Virus record (IMG/VR): IMGVR_UViG_3300032312_001355
Span: 1 to 64,000 of that record
DNA: 64,000 bases
Origin: a virus
Lineage: Duplodnaviria; Caudoviricetes
Reading direction: 5' to 3' (one strand)
Part shown: positions 15,142-25,976 of the stretch, piece after piece
Numbering within the stretch: position 1 is the first letter of the stretch
Layout: each line of letters begins with the position of its first letter
The notes under the pieces: generated by a model
What the model was told of the DNA's origin: nothing
Database searches by the model: none
Seen by the model: the letters and a program-made list of their open reading frames with translations, nothing else
Made by a program: the position numbers and the translations under genes

Positions 15142-18100
15142 AATTGTTGTAAGCTCTTACAGAGCATATAGCAGTCGTGAACAGGCACGTTTTATTCGTC
15201 AAGAAGCAAATGTTTTACTTGAAAAAGCCAACGAATTTTCTACAACAAGTCGTCGAGTAAATCGTCGATCTGCATACAAGGTTCTTGCTCGTTCTCTACA
15301 AAAGACCAGAGGATTACCTTTCTCAATCCGTAAGCATCAAGCGCTTACAGAGCTTTCTAATTACATCTCTCTAGCTAAATACAACAAGGTTATCGGTTTA
15401 GAGGCATTTAATACAGACTTACTTCCAACATCACATCCAAGATCTACTCGAATGAACTCAATGAGTGCTTCTGCAATTGCAGAGGCTCAGATGCGTTGGA
15501 TTCTTGATGACCCACGAATTAAGGATGAGACAGTAAAGAGCCTTCTTGCTTCTGCAATGTTTTCTCCTATCGACTCTCCAGAGCATAAGTATTCAATGAT
15601 TCGGTTAGAGAACATGCCTCAGGGACAGGTTCCTGTTGAAGTTCTTCTAGCTGCAGCAAATCCTTTTGCTGGTAAGAACTCAGCTGCAGCTCGTCGTGCT
15701 CGTGAAGCTGTCCAGCTTTCTGACCGCTTTGAGCGCTGGATTAATATGGGAAGGTCTGCGGCTAAAAGAGCTACAGATGGTTTCCGTGTCTATGTTGCTA
15801 GAAACGATGGCTCTACAAGAAGTCTTTCTGGAGAACTACTAAACCAGAATATGTTTGATCCAAACCTTGTTGACATTGAAATGGGCAAGGGTAAAGTTGC
15901 AACAGTTCCTACAAAGCTCGGTGAAGGTCTTGAAGCTTTTATTAAAAGCAAGGACTCGCAAGATGGTTACTCTTCTGTAGAAGCAGAGGTGCCTAATGGT
16001 GCACAGGTACTTCCAGAAAACAGCATTGTTGTCTCAGATGCTCCAAGTATTTATCGCAAAGATGAGGGTAATAAATATACAGACGATAAATACGACATTG
16101 TTAAATTTGATAATCCTAAGGCTGCACAGACTGCTATTTCCGATGGACAAAAAAGAGCTGCAGAGCTAGATAAGCCAGAACCAAAGCTTCTTAAAAAGGG
16201 CGAAGTAGATGCAGACTCAGGTAAGCAGTTCTGGGATATCGAAGAACCAGTATTCGGTCTCTATCGTCGTGGAAAAAACACACCTCTTGCATTCGCTCAG
16301 TCTTGGAAAGATGTAAACAATGAGATCCTTCGTGACGAACCTTTCCTTGATGAAGATGAAGGTCGTGAATATACACGCCCTGAGCCTCAGACAGCAGACG
16401 ATAATGTCCCACTTCTAGATCAAGCAGATGAAATTTTTAAGCCAGCTAAAAAGAAATCTGAAAAGAAAGAAAAAGTTTCTTCATTCCCATATGAAGTTCC
16501 AGATAGAGCATACGAATTTAATCCAAACGAAGAGTACACACCAGAGTTTGAGTTTGATGATCCTGTATCAATTGCAAACGATCAGACACCAGAAGAACTA
16601 GAAGATGCTCTTCTTACATCAGTAGAACCTGTTAGTGATACTGAAAAAGCAACTGGCTACGCTCCAATTAACTTTACAGATGGCCGTGAAAGAGATGTTC
16701 CAGCAGAAGCTATCGCTGCAGCAATTCGTGAGCAAGGTGGAGATGCTGAAATGGCTCTTGCACAGGCTTACGACAAGATTGCAGGAGATAACAAGAACCA
16801 AGAAGCCCTTGATAAATCAAGAGGTGCTAAAGATGAGAAAAAATTAGAAGAAGAAACTAAAAAAGCAGATAAGATTCTTAAGGATGCAGAAAAAGAAGCT
16901 AAAAAGATTAAGAAGCCTACATCTGATGAAATTATTGAAGAAGAGATTCAAAAGCCAGAGCCAAAGGCAACTACTGCTGAGCCAGAAGATGCTCCTACAG
17001 AGGGCTTAGAAGATCTTGAAGATGTATCTGAAGACACATATGTTCCTCCTTTGCTTGAAGGTCTTTCAGAAGAAGAGTTAGCATCCTTTAAGGAAGATGG
17101 AGACTACCGACCATTCTTGCCAAAGAACGCGGATATAGATACACCTGAAGGACTTTACAAGTTAGATCCAAACCCAGTTGACCCTAAAGAAAACTACACT
17201 CCAAAAGATCTTCAAGGTGAAGTACCACCAACTACAGCTTTAGATTTGTCTGCAAATACAGTTAAAGATTTAACTAATGAACTGAGCAACGCTATTAATG
17301 GCACTGGTGAACACGGTGCTGGTTTTGGAGAGATGCTAACCGAAGACCCTAACGGTGAACTTGTAAACTCTCCTGTTCCTGCAGAAGCTCTTCGAGATGC
17401 TCTTCAACTTAAGGGTAAAGATACAGATGCAATTATTGAAAAGATTAATAAGAAGGCTGCAAAAGCAAAGGCAAAAATAAAGCCTCCAGTTTCTGAAGAA
17501 CCAGAAGTAGAGCCAGATACAAAAGAAGAAGAGCCTAAACCTAAAAAGGCAGTTACCTACAAGCGTTCAGGTAATCGCACTCTTCTTCGTGCTGGCAAGG
17601 GCGGAGCATTTAAGGATAAAGAAATTGCTGACTTCCTTGACGAGAATGGTTTTGAATGGACTGGAACTGTTGAAAGAGATGGACAAACTCTTCCAGTTAA
17701 TTCAGAGTCTGCTACACAGACTGATGAAGAATTTAAGGCTTTTGCTCGTGAACTTCGTGATCGCTTCGGTATTGATTTAGAGCCTCGTGCTGCAACTGCA
17801 AAGTCACCTGCTCAAGAACCAATTGATATTGATGCGCCAGCTCCTGAACCAGAGGTGCCAACTCCTGCACCTACTCCAGAACCAACTCCAGAAGAAGTTA
17901 CACCAGAAGAGCCAGTCGTAACTCCTGAAGAAACACCAAAACCTGTTGAAGATGAAAAAGATAATTGGATTAAGCAAGAAGATGGTACTTGGGTCAACAC
18001 CAGTACTGGAGAAATTGTAGAAGAGCTTCCTGAAGGTGCTACTGAAGGAAAACCTGCACCAGAAGAGCCAACAGTTCCTACACCAACTCCTGAAGAAGAA

Positions 18101-21100
18101 ACTCCAGTTGTTGAAGAAACTCCTAAGACAGAAGAAGAAAAGAACTTCATTAGAAAAATATCTGCCTTACTGTTTGATCAAGTAGGCAAGGCTCTCTCTG
18201 CGGCTAAAGCAGATAAGGGATTAAAAGCTCTTGAAGGATTAACAGATCGACAACTATATGACTTGTTCGGTCCTTTCAATGTATTAAAGCTCAATGAGCT
18301 TCTTAAGAGAGCTATGGAAAGCGATAAGGAAAGTGTCTACGGAAATCGCAAAGATATGATTTCCAAGATTATGTTCCTTAAGTATGGTGCTGGATTTAAG
18401 AGCAATGAAACTCCGTTTATGCGTAAGTCAATGGATGAGTTTGAAAATAGTTTAATGCGTAGCTCTACTAAAGAACTAGAACAGATTCTTGATCTTTACT
18501 ACGATGACATGGATGCAAGAGTAGCTGAACAGAACGAAGAAAAAGAAAAAGCAGATGAGCTAAAAAGAGCACGAGAGCGTCGCCGTAAAGCTGCTGAAGA
18601 TAAACTTCTTGAGAAGTATGGGGACGATGCAGATGCTGAAAAACCAGAAGAGGAAGTAGAGCCTGAGCCAGAAGTAGAGACTCCAGCTGAACCACCTCTA
18701 CCACCTCTTTCTGCTGACGCTAAAGAGATTCTTAAAGCTCTTATTGATAGACGCCGCAAGATTCAAAGAAAAATTGATAAAGCAGATCTTGATGAGACAA
18801 CTACTGCTGCAAAGAAAAAAGCTCTTAAAGATGAGCTTGATGAAGTAACTAGAATTATTGATTCTCTTGTCCTAGGTGAAAAACCAGCCGAGAAGCCAGA
18901 AGAAACTCCTACTGCAGAGGTTAAGGAAACAGAAAAGCCTCAAGAACCACAACCAAGTATTACTTCAGTTTTTGCACCTAACTTAAAAGCTGGAGATGTT
19001 TTCAAGGATGACTACTTTACAATTGTAAGTATTGAAACAGGTCTTACTAAAGAAAGAGATATGGAGATAGTTCCAGCAACTAGACTTACTGGATACTATC
19101 CAAACTCTGTAGAGCAGAGCACCAAACTTTGGGCAGATGATACAGAAGTAGATGTGTATCGTGGAGTTACACCTCCATCAAAGGGAGATCTACCAGTACT
19201 TAGCAAGCCAGAAATGAAATCCTTTAGTCCTACTGGAAAACTTCAAATAATTGGAACGTTTAAGAGAAAAGACGGCTCTGAAGGAAAGAAGTGGGGCCTA
19301 AAGAACCCAGCTGACGTAGAAAAATACAACGCAGCTATGGATGAGTATAAAGAAGAACGTAAACGTCGTATGGCGCTTTGGACTCCTCCAGAGGTTACAA
19401 CTGTCAATAACGATAATGCAAATACCCCTGTTAACCCACCCGAGAAATCATCTTATGTATCTAACGTCCCAGCATCTGACGTTCAAGTTGGCGATATTGC
19501 ATTTAGAAAGAACAAGTACGGGGCTAGAGAGTTCTTCACGGTTACCAAGGTTCTTGGAACTAAAGATGGAGTTACATCTCTTGAAGGACACTATGTTGGA
19601 CATCAAACACAGGTTAAGGAATGGCGTGAAGCTACTCCAATCGACATTATTCGTGGAGAAGTAAATCTTCCAGCATCAGGAGACAAAGAACCTCTAGATA
19701 GACCAGATAAATCTCTTCCTAACTATTCTCAACTTGAAAAAGAACGTCAAGAAAAAATTGCAGAGGCAGATAAGGGTTATACCTTTAATGCTGAAGGATC
19801 TATCGAAGCTACACCAAAAGTATCCAAACCAAGACTACCTGCATTCTATGGGTCAGCAGAAGAGCTTTTGGCTCTTGGAGATGGAGCTAATATTCAATCA
19901 GCTCTAGATGCTAGAGAAAATGGATATGTAGTTTTTGACTTTGAAACTTTAGGAAACGATGTACAGAATGTATTAAATCCAGACGCACCTATCCAAGCAG
20001 CTGCAGTTAGATATGTTGGTGGTGAAAAGGTAGAAGAGCTTAACATCTACATTAATCCTGAGAAGCCTTTGGGCGATTACTATTATGAAACAGATAGTGA
20101 AGGAAATAAAGTTCTTCGTGCAAATAGAATGAGAGATGCCGAAGGCAATCCAATAACAGATGAATGGTTAGCTACACAGCCAAGTATTCAAGAACAACTA
20201 CAAAAACTTGTTGACTTCTTTGGACCAGACCCTATTCTTGTTGGACAAAACATTGGCTTTGATTTAAACGTGCTACAACGCTGGTCTCAAAAAGTTGGAA
20301 TTGACTTCGAACTAAAGGGATCAATTGACACGCTACCAATTGCTCAAGCACTACAAAAAATTGAACGTGGAACAGTTACATTCCCAGAGAATCCTGCAGA
20401 AGGAGATGAAGCTCTCTCTGCTCTAGGAAATGCTTGGACATGGAGTGGAACAGCGTGGAAAGCACCTTCTAATGCTCTTAATCAATTAGCGGAGCGTCTA
20501 GGAGTAACTACTGACTCTTCTGATTTCCACAATGCATTATTCGATGTTGGAGTAACTGATCAAGTTTTAAGAAAGCTACTTGAAAATCTTAAAGCTGGCA
20601 ACATCCCTACTGGAGGAAGCGCAGCTTATGCAGAAGGATTTAAGAAGTGGGTACTTTCTCTAGCTGAAGAAAAGAAGAAAGCTTCTAAGAGAGAAGCTGA
20701 CAAGATTGTTTCTGAAGGACTTGCTGGAAAACCTGTAACTGGTGAAAATGTTGATGCAGCTGTAGATGAAGTAAATTCTGTAGTAGAAGAGCCTGTAACT
20801 ATTGTTGAAGGCGAAGAATCTTCAGACTCTCCAAAGGAATATGTTTCACCTCTATATGGAGATAAACTTAGTGAAGAATGGGTTAAAGATCCAGAAAACA
20901 CAGACTTTATCTCTAACGCAAGAATAAAAGACTTAAAAGTCTCAGACTTTATTACTGGCTCTGATGGAGAGCTTTACGAAATTATTAAACTTGAAGATGA
21001 TGAAGTACAGCCGGGCAACGCAGTAAGAATTATTAGAGCAAATCTTAATACTGGTCAGATTCTCGAAGAAAGACAATCAGAAAGAGATGATGGAGGAACT

Positions 21101-24100
21101 GGATTCTTCCTAGTTGGAAAAGTTGATGGTGGCTTCTATCGCAGAAAAGACAATGCCGATAAGAGCAATGCTCAAATAGAAACAGAAACTATCGAAGCTA
21201 TTCCAGATGTTGATCCAGTTGTTATCCCTGAAGTACAGCCTGTTAAGGGTGAGAATGTAACTCCTGAGCAGGTAGCAACAGTTGTTAACGATGCAATTGA
21301 TGCGATCACAACCTCTAAGCCAGATGCATCTATTGAAGAAGCTGTCAAGGGTCTTAATGTTGATGAAACCATTAAAGAGGCAGTAACTGCTAAGCCTGAA
21401 AACGCAGAAGGAGAAACAGGTTTCCATATCTCCTCTGACGGAGTTACTTTAATTAAGCCTGGAGACAAGGTTATCCACGCTAAGACTAAGAGAACTGGAA
21501 CTGTAAGCGTTCTCCTTCCTTCATATCAGGGTGGAAAATATAAGAATTATGTAAAAGTTAGATATGACGATTCTAATGAAAGAGAGCCTGTAGCATCTAA
21601 GAATCTTTCAATTGTTTTCCGACCTGAATTTGTACCAGTAGTTAAGCCTAAAGGTGAGACAACTGTTAAAGATATTTCAAACAAGATCAAGGATATTCAA
21701 GGAACAACACCTGCAGAAGGTTCAGTAAATCCTGATGAGCTTGCAGAGAAGTTTAAGTCTGCAGAAAAAGAACGAGATGACAAGGTAAAGGAAACTAACT
21801 TTGTAAAGACATCTACTTCTGTAGTTGCAAAGGTAAAAGAAAATCTTCCAGCACGAGGAACAACTGAAAGCTCTCTTCCAAGTCTTAAAACTGGAAATCT
21901 ATTCGATGTAACTTTTGCAATAGACAAACCAACTGAGAAAGAGCTTAAAGATAAAGGCGTAGACTTAAGCCTAGATTCAGCAGATGACTTAATTGTATTT
22001 AGAGCAACTAAAGATTTATTCCTCAGAAATCAACCTGTTGCAACTATTAAACCAGACGGATCAATTATCTGGCGTACCGAGAACGACAAGCGTTCATTCT
22101 CATTAGAGCTTGAAAGAGTTCTTCAAGATTTCATAGATCCAGTAACAAATCTTAACGCAATGATTGTTATCAATGAACCAGAAGATACTGAAGGAACAGA
22201 CGCCGATAACTTTGGCAACGGAACTCTTCTTGGTGAATCAGAGAGCTCATTTGACTATAACAACATCTCTAACTTCCCTCCAACAGAGGAGCAGAAGAAG
22301 ATTGTTGATGCAATTATGACTGGTGGGGATGTCATAGTTCAAGCTTTGGCTGGCACTGGAAAGACTTCTACTCTAGTTCTTGCTGCAAAGAGAATTTTGG
22401 CAGAAAATCCAGCTAAAAAACTTCTTTACATTGTATTTAATAAGGAAACTGCTGAAGAAGCTCAAGGCAGAATGCCTCAGAACGTAGATTCTAGAACTAT
22501 GGACAACATTGTCTACTCAATGCTTCCAGATAATCACAAGGAAAGAAATAAACTTAGCAGTGTCTTTAAGATAAATGAGAGAAGTCTTATCGATTACACT
22601 GACTATGTAAACCTATTTGAGTACTACCAGTACGAGCCAGTAACTGTATCTATCAGAGGCACAGAAACAACTCTAGGAAGAAACGATCTTGTTCAAGAAA
22701 TAAGAGAAGCAGTAGATAGATTTGCAATTTCAGCAGACGATGTTTTAACTGAAAAGCATTTCACTAAGAAAACTCCATTCTACGACACAGTTCCACCAAT
22801 TCTTGTCGAGTATGCAAAGAAAATGTGGAAAGATGTAAGTACTGAAGAAGGTTGGGACCCTTCCTCAAAGAAGCTGTCAAGAATTGATTATTCACATATG
22901 CTTAAAGCTTGGGCACTAACTAAGCCTCAATTTATAGATGGTTTAAACTCTGGATCAACTAGCACTAAGCAATTTAAAGATAGAAAGAACGATATGTTCT
23001 TCTTTGATGAAGCTCAGGATATGAACCCAGTAATTGTAAAACTTTTGGCTGACCAAGAAGGAATTCAAAAGGTATATGTTGGAGATAGTAATCAAGCTAT
23101 CTATGCATTCCGTGGAGCTGTAGATGAGCTTAATAACGTAAAGAATGCAAAAGAGCTATACCTAACTCAGACATTCCGTTTCGGTGCAAAGGTTGCAGGA
23201 ATAGGAAACAGATTCCTAACTCTACTTAACTCTAAAAATAAGGTAGTAGGAAAGCCTGGAGAAGACGACGGCGAAATTGTAGAGAATATGGAAGACCCTA
23301 CTGCAATTATTGCTAGATCAAACGGTGGAGTTATCGACAGTGTCTTTGACCTATTAGCTAAGGGAAAGAACCCAGGATTAAACTTAGAGACCTACTACAA
23401 GGCTATGTCATATGCAAAGTCTGCAGCATGGTTGATTGCAGCTAACAAGGGAACACCTGCATACAAGAAGCCAAAACTCCATGAAGATTTAGCAGGTTTC
23501 CAAAACTGGAACGAAGTCCTAAAGGCAGTTCAGGATGGCAAATCAGTAGGTGGAGCGATGTACATGGTTCGTCTTCTAAGAGATAGAAAGATGACTATAA
23601 AAGAGTTGGTAGATAAGCTCAACAGTATTACTCCTATCCGTGGTACAGGGTTTAGAACAGATGCATACGTTCCTGTAGGCAAGGAAGCACTCGCAGACGG
23701 AATTACTGGAGAGCTCGGTACTGGTAGAACTAATAGTGGGTTTAAAGGAAAGCTTACATACACAATTAAAGACGGAGTAATATCTTTCCAAAACTCAAAG
23801 TCATATAAAGATTTTCTTTTGAAGGACTTTACATATAACCCAGAAAAATTCTCTTTTGAAAAGGCTTTTGGAAAAGAGCAAGAAGAAGATATCCTTAATT
23901 TAATTAACGATGTTAGACGATGGGTACAAAACTATCCTCCAAGAATCCCTATTGACGCTGAAATTATTACAGCACATAAGTCAAAGGGTAAAGAATGGGA
24001 TCGCGTAAAGCTTTTTGATGATTTCAAGCAACCTGAGATCAATGATGAAGGAGAGATGCAACTTCCTGACCCAGAAGAACTCAGAATCTCATACGTTGCG

Positions 24101-25972
24101 GCTACTCGTGCAAAGAAGTCTATTGACATTGGAGAAAACCTAAAGTGGATTTACGATGTCACATCTGAAGATGATGAAAAGCCTCAGCTAACTGACGTCG
24201 AAAAACTTAGCGGAATGACCGTTACACCAGATCCAGAACCTGTAACTCCAGAAGAGGTTGGCAACGAGGTTGTCAAGGCTAGAAAGATTACAGATCAGAA
24301 GACTTTGGAAGTTGCTAACCGACTAATCGAACTTATTGAAAAGGGCGTTGTTCCTTGGACAAAGGGATGGTCTGGTGGAGGCTTCCTTCCAACAAACGGA
24401 AAAACAAACAAGAGTTATCAAGGAACTAACACACTTGCTCTCTGGGCAGCAATGCATCTAAATGATTGGACAGACCCTAGATTCTTAACCTTCAATCAAG
24501 GTAAATCACTAGGAGGCTTTGTTCGTAAGGGCGAGACAGGCACAAAGATTCTAAAGCCTAACGTTGTAACTAAAGAAGTAAAGCAGCCAGATGGAAGCAT
24601 TAAAAAAGAAGGATACATCTACTTTACAGAAGTTCCAGTATTTAACGTTTCTCAGTTTGAGAAACTAAACCTTCCACCTTTGGTAAAGAAGGATCCAGTA
24701 CCTGTATTAGATATTGAAACTCAAATACTAGAGTCATATAAAGATCACCCAGAGATTATTTACCGTCCTCAAGATAAGGCTTATTACTTACCTTCTGTAG
24801 ACAAGATTTACTTACCTTTAAGAGAGCAATTTGATACTAGTATCGGTTTCATAGAGACATTTTTCCACGAACTAGGTCACAGTACAGGACACGTTTCACG
24901 TCTAGGTAAAGAAGGAAAGCGCAAGGATCTTCAAGATAATTATGGCAACCATAAAGCAAGCCGTGGTGAAGAAGAACTTATTGCAGAAATTACAGTTGCA
25001 CTTATTGCTGCAGAGTTTGGTGTTGAAATTGACTGGGGAAATACAGCTTCATACGCACAAGGATGGTTAAAGCCTCTCAAGGATGATCCGGGAATGATTA
25101 TCATTGCTGCAAAGCAAGCTCAAGATGCAGTTAACTGGATGCTTGGAATTAAGCCAGAAGATAAGAACGCAACTCCAGAACCTGATGCACAAGCACCAGA
25201 AGCTGGCGAAGGCGTAGGCAGTGAAGGTCAGACTGGAGAGCAAATTGCTGATCAAAAACCTGAAACTCCAGAAGCAACTCCAGAACCTAATGTTGGAGAG
25301 CAAGGCCAAACTGGAGAAGAGATTGCTAAAAATACTCCAAAGAATAAAGATGCCTCTAAACAACCTACAAAACTTACTGTCAATGATGAAGAATACGATC
25401 TATGGGATGACATTAACTATGACCGTACTTCAGAAGAAGGAAAAGATAACGATAATTTAGAGTCTGCACACGGAATTTTTGCCTCAAGAATTCTAGAAGG
25501 ACAAGAGCTAATTAAAGATAGAAATGAAATTGGAAAATACATTGCCGACATATTGAAAAAATATGGTTACGGCAACAAGCTCTTCTATTTGGCTGGAGGA
25601 TCTGTAGCCGATAAGATGCTAGGAGATGACCCTTCATGGGAAGGTTCCGATGGAACTCCTTATGGTGGAGGAATTGAAGCTGGTATAGGTCTTGCAAATA
25701 GCGAAGCTTTCGCAGATGGAGATCCTTTAAAGGGTGTCGAGTTCCCTGTAGTTCTGGTTAGAAAAAGAGGAATTTCTAAGGTAGCTTTGCTTCACGAAAT
25801 AGCTCACCTTATGGAAGGTGGATGGAAGAGCAATACTGGAGGAGGCCATAATCAAGCATGGCACCAGACATTGCTGACATTGCTACGACAAGAGGGTTTT
25901 CAAAAAGAAGCTAATCTACTAGCATTAACCATAGGAGAAGTGAAAGGAGATACAGGTGTTATCAATCCCTGA
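15131..25972 (+). CDS. 3613-aa polyvalent protein: DEDDh 3'-5' exonuclease, UvrD-like SF1 helicase, ArdC (ssDNA-binding plus zincin), C-terminal HExxH domain
   Basis: Exo VFDFET/QNIGFD/HNALFD (~19922-20590); helicase ALAGTGKT, FFDEAQD, VGDSNQAIYAFRG, TAHKSKG, YVAATRAK (~22274-24150); ArdC GVVPW..YQGTN..FLTFNQ..GGFVRKGE and HELGH (~24290-25150); HEIAH..H..W (25793-25870). Confidence 0.9.
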   Translation: MENKIVVSSYRAYSSREQARFIRQEANVLLEKANEFSTTSRRVNRRSAYKVLARSLQKTRGLPFSIRKHQALTELSNYISLAKYNKVIGLEAFNTDLLPTSHPRSTRMNSMSASAIAEAQMRWILDDPRIKDETVKSLLASAMFSPIDSPEHKYSMIRLENMPQGQVPVEVLLAAANPFAGKNSAAARRAREAVQLSDRFERWINMGRSAAKRATDGFRVYVARNDGSTRSLSGELLNQNMFDPNLVDIEMGKGKVATVPTKLGEGLEAFIKSKDSQDGYSSVEAEVPNGAQVLPENSIVVSDAPSIYRKDEGNKYTDDKYDIVKFDNPKAAQTAISDGQKRAAELDKPEPKLLKKGEVDADSGKQFWDIEEPVFGLYRRGKNTPLAFAQSWKDVNNEILRDEPFLDEDEGREYTRPEPQTADDNVPLLDQADEIFKPAKKKSEKKEKVSSFPYEVPDRAYEFNPNEEYTPEFEFDDPVSIANDQTPEELEDALLTSVEPVSDTEKATGYAPINFTDGRERDVPAEAIAAAIREQGGDAEMALAQAYDKIAGDNKNQEALDKSRGAKDEKKLEEETKKADKILKDAEKEAKKIKKPTSDEIIEEEIQKPEPKATTAEPEDAPTEGLEDLEDVSEDTYVPPLLEGLSEEELASFKEDGDYRPFLPKNADIDTPEGLYKLDPNPVDPKENYTPKDLQGEVPPTTALDLSANTVKDLTNELSNAINGTGEHGAGFGEMLTEDPNGELVNSPVPAEALRDALQLKGKDTDAIIEKINKKAAKAKAKIKPPVSEEPEVEPDTKEEEPKPKKAVTYKRSGNRTLLRAGKGGAFKDKEIADFLDENGFEWTGTVERDGQTLPVNSESATQTDEEFKAFARELRDRFGIDLEPRAATAKSPAQEPIDIDAPAPEPEVPTPAPTPEPTPEEVTPEEPVVTPEETPKPVEDEKDNWIKQEDGTWVNTSTGEIVEELPEGATEGKPAPEEPTVPTPTPEEETPVVEETPKTEEEKNFIRKISALLFDQVGKALSAAKADKGLKALEGLTDRQLYDLFGPFNVLKLNELLKRAMESDKESVYGNRKDMISKIMFLKYGAGFKSNETPFMRKSMDEFENSLMRSSTKELEQILDLYYDDMDARVAEQNEEKEKADELKRARERRRKAAEDKLLEKYGDDADAEKPEEEVEPEPEVETPAEPPLPPLSADAKEILKALIDRRRKIQRKIDKADLDETTTAAKKKALKDELDEVTRIIDSLVLGEKPAEKPEETPTAEVKETEKPQEPQPSITSVFAPNLKAGDVFKDDYFTIVSIETGLTKERDMEIVPATRLTGYYPNSVEQSTKLWADDTEVDVYRGVTPPSKGDLPVLSKPEMKSFSPTGKLQIIGTFKRKDGSEGKKWGLKNPADVEKYNAAMDEYKEERKRRMALWTPPEVTTVNNDNANTPVNPPEKSSYVSNVPASDVQVGDIAFRKNKYGAREFFTVTKVLGTKDGVTSLEGHYVGHQTQVKEWREATPIDIIRGEVNLPASGDKEPLDRPDKSLPNYSQLEKERQEKIAEADKGYTFNAEGSIEATPKVSKPRLPAFYGSAEELLALGDGANIQSALDARENGYVVFDFETLGNDVQNVLNPDAPIQAAAVRYVGGEKVEELNIYINPEKPLGDYYYETDSEGNKVLRANRMRDAEGNPITDEWLATQPSIQEQLQKLVDFFGPDPILVGQNIGFDLNVLQRWSQKVGIDFELKGSIDTLPIAQALQKIERGTVTFPENPAEGDEALSALGNAWTWSGTAWKAPSNALNQLAERLGVTTDSSDFHNALFDVGVTDQVLRKLLENLKAGNIPTGGSAAYAEGFKKWVLSLAEEKKKASKREADKIVSEGLAGKPVTGENVDAAVDEVNSVVEEPVTIVEGEESSDSPKEYVSPLYGDKLSEEWVKDPENTDFISNARIKDLKVSDFITGSDGELYEIIKLEDDEVQPGNAVRIIRANLNTGQILEERQSERDDGGTGFFLVGKVDGGFYRRKDNADKSNAQIETETIEAIPDVDPVVIPEVQPVKGENVTPEQVATVVNDAIDAITTSKPDASIEEAVKGLNVDETIKEAVTAKPENAEGETGFHISSDGVTLIKPGDKVIHAKTKRTGTVSVLLPSYQGGKYKNYVKVRYDDSNEREPVASKNLSIVFRPEFVPVVKPKGETTVKDISNKIKDIQGTTPAEGSVNPDELAEKFKSAEKERDDKVKETNFVKTSTSVVAKVKENLPARGTTESSLPSLKTGNLFDVTFAIDKPTEKELKDKGVDLSLDSADDLIVFRATKDLFLRNQPVATIKPDGSIIWRTENDKRSFSLELERVLQDFIDPVTNLNAMIVINEPEDTEGTDADNFGNGTLLGESESSFDYNNISNFPPTEEQKKIVDAIMTGGDVIVQALAGTGKTSTLVLAAKRILAENPAKKLLYIVFNKETAEEAQGRMPQNVDSRTMDNIVYSMLPDNHKERNKLSSVFKINERSLIDYTDYVNLFEYYQYEPVTVSIRGTETTLGRNDLVQEIREAVDRFAISADDVLTEKHFTKKTPFYDTVPPILVEYAKKMWKDVSTEEGWDPSSKKLSRIDYSHMLKAWALTKPQFIDGLNSGSTSTKQFKDRKNDMFFFDEAQDMNPVIVKLLADQEGIQKVYVGDSNQAIYAFRGAVDELNNVKNAKELYLTQTFRFGAKVAGIGNRFLTLLNSKNKVVGKPGEDDGEIVENMEDPTAIIARSNGGVIDSVFDLLAKGKNPGLNLETYYKAMSYAKSAAWLIAANKGTPAYKKPKLHEDLAGFQNWNEVLKAVQDGKSVGGAMYMVRLLRDRKMTIKELVDKLNSITPIRGTGFRTDAYVPVGKEALADGITGELGTGRTNSGFKGKLTYTIKDGVISFQNSKSYKDFLLKDFTYNPEKFSFEKAFGKEQEEDILNLINDVRRWVQNYPPRIPIDAEIITAHKSKGKEWDRVKLFDDFKQPEINDEGEMQLPDPEELRISYVAATRAKKSIDIGENLKWIYDVTSEDDEKPQLTDVEKLSGMTVTPDPEPVTPEEVGNEVVKARKITDQKTLEVANRLIELIEKGVVPWTKGWSGGGFLPTNGKTNKSYQGTNTLALWAAMHLNDWTDPRFLTFNQGKSLGGFVRKGETGTKILKPNVVTKEVKQPDGSIKKEGYIYFTEVPVFNVSQFEKLNLPPLVKKDPVPVLDIETQILESYKDHPEIIYRPQDKAYYLPSVDKIYLPLREQFDTSIGFIETFFHELGHSTGHVSRLGKEGKRKDLQDNYGNHKASRGEEELIAEITVALIAAEFGVEIDWGNTASYAQGWLKPLKDDPGMIIIAAKQAQDAVNWMLGIKPEDKNATPEPDAQAPEAGEGVGSEGQTGEQIADQKPETPEATPEPNVGEQGQTGEEIAKNTPKNKDASKQPTKLTVNDEEYDLWDDINYDRTSEEGKDNDNLESAHGIFASRILEGQELIKDRNEIGKYIADILKKYGYGNKLFYLAGGSVADKMLGDDPSWEGSDGTPYGGGIEAGIGLANSEAFADGDPLKGVEFPVVLVRKRGISKVALLHEIAHLMEGGWKSNTGGGHNQAWHQTLLTLLRQEGFQKEANLLALTIGEVKGDTGVINP

Positions 25973-25976
25973 AGAT

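Noticed and set aside
15131-25972. Virion RNA polymerase (size and lack of Cys recall N4 vRNAP)
   Set aside because: No T7-like or double-psi-barrel (DxDGD) polymerase motifs found; recognised motifs are exonuclease, helicase and peptidase
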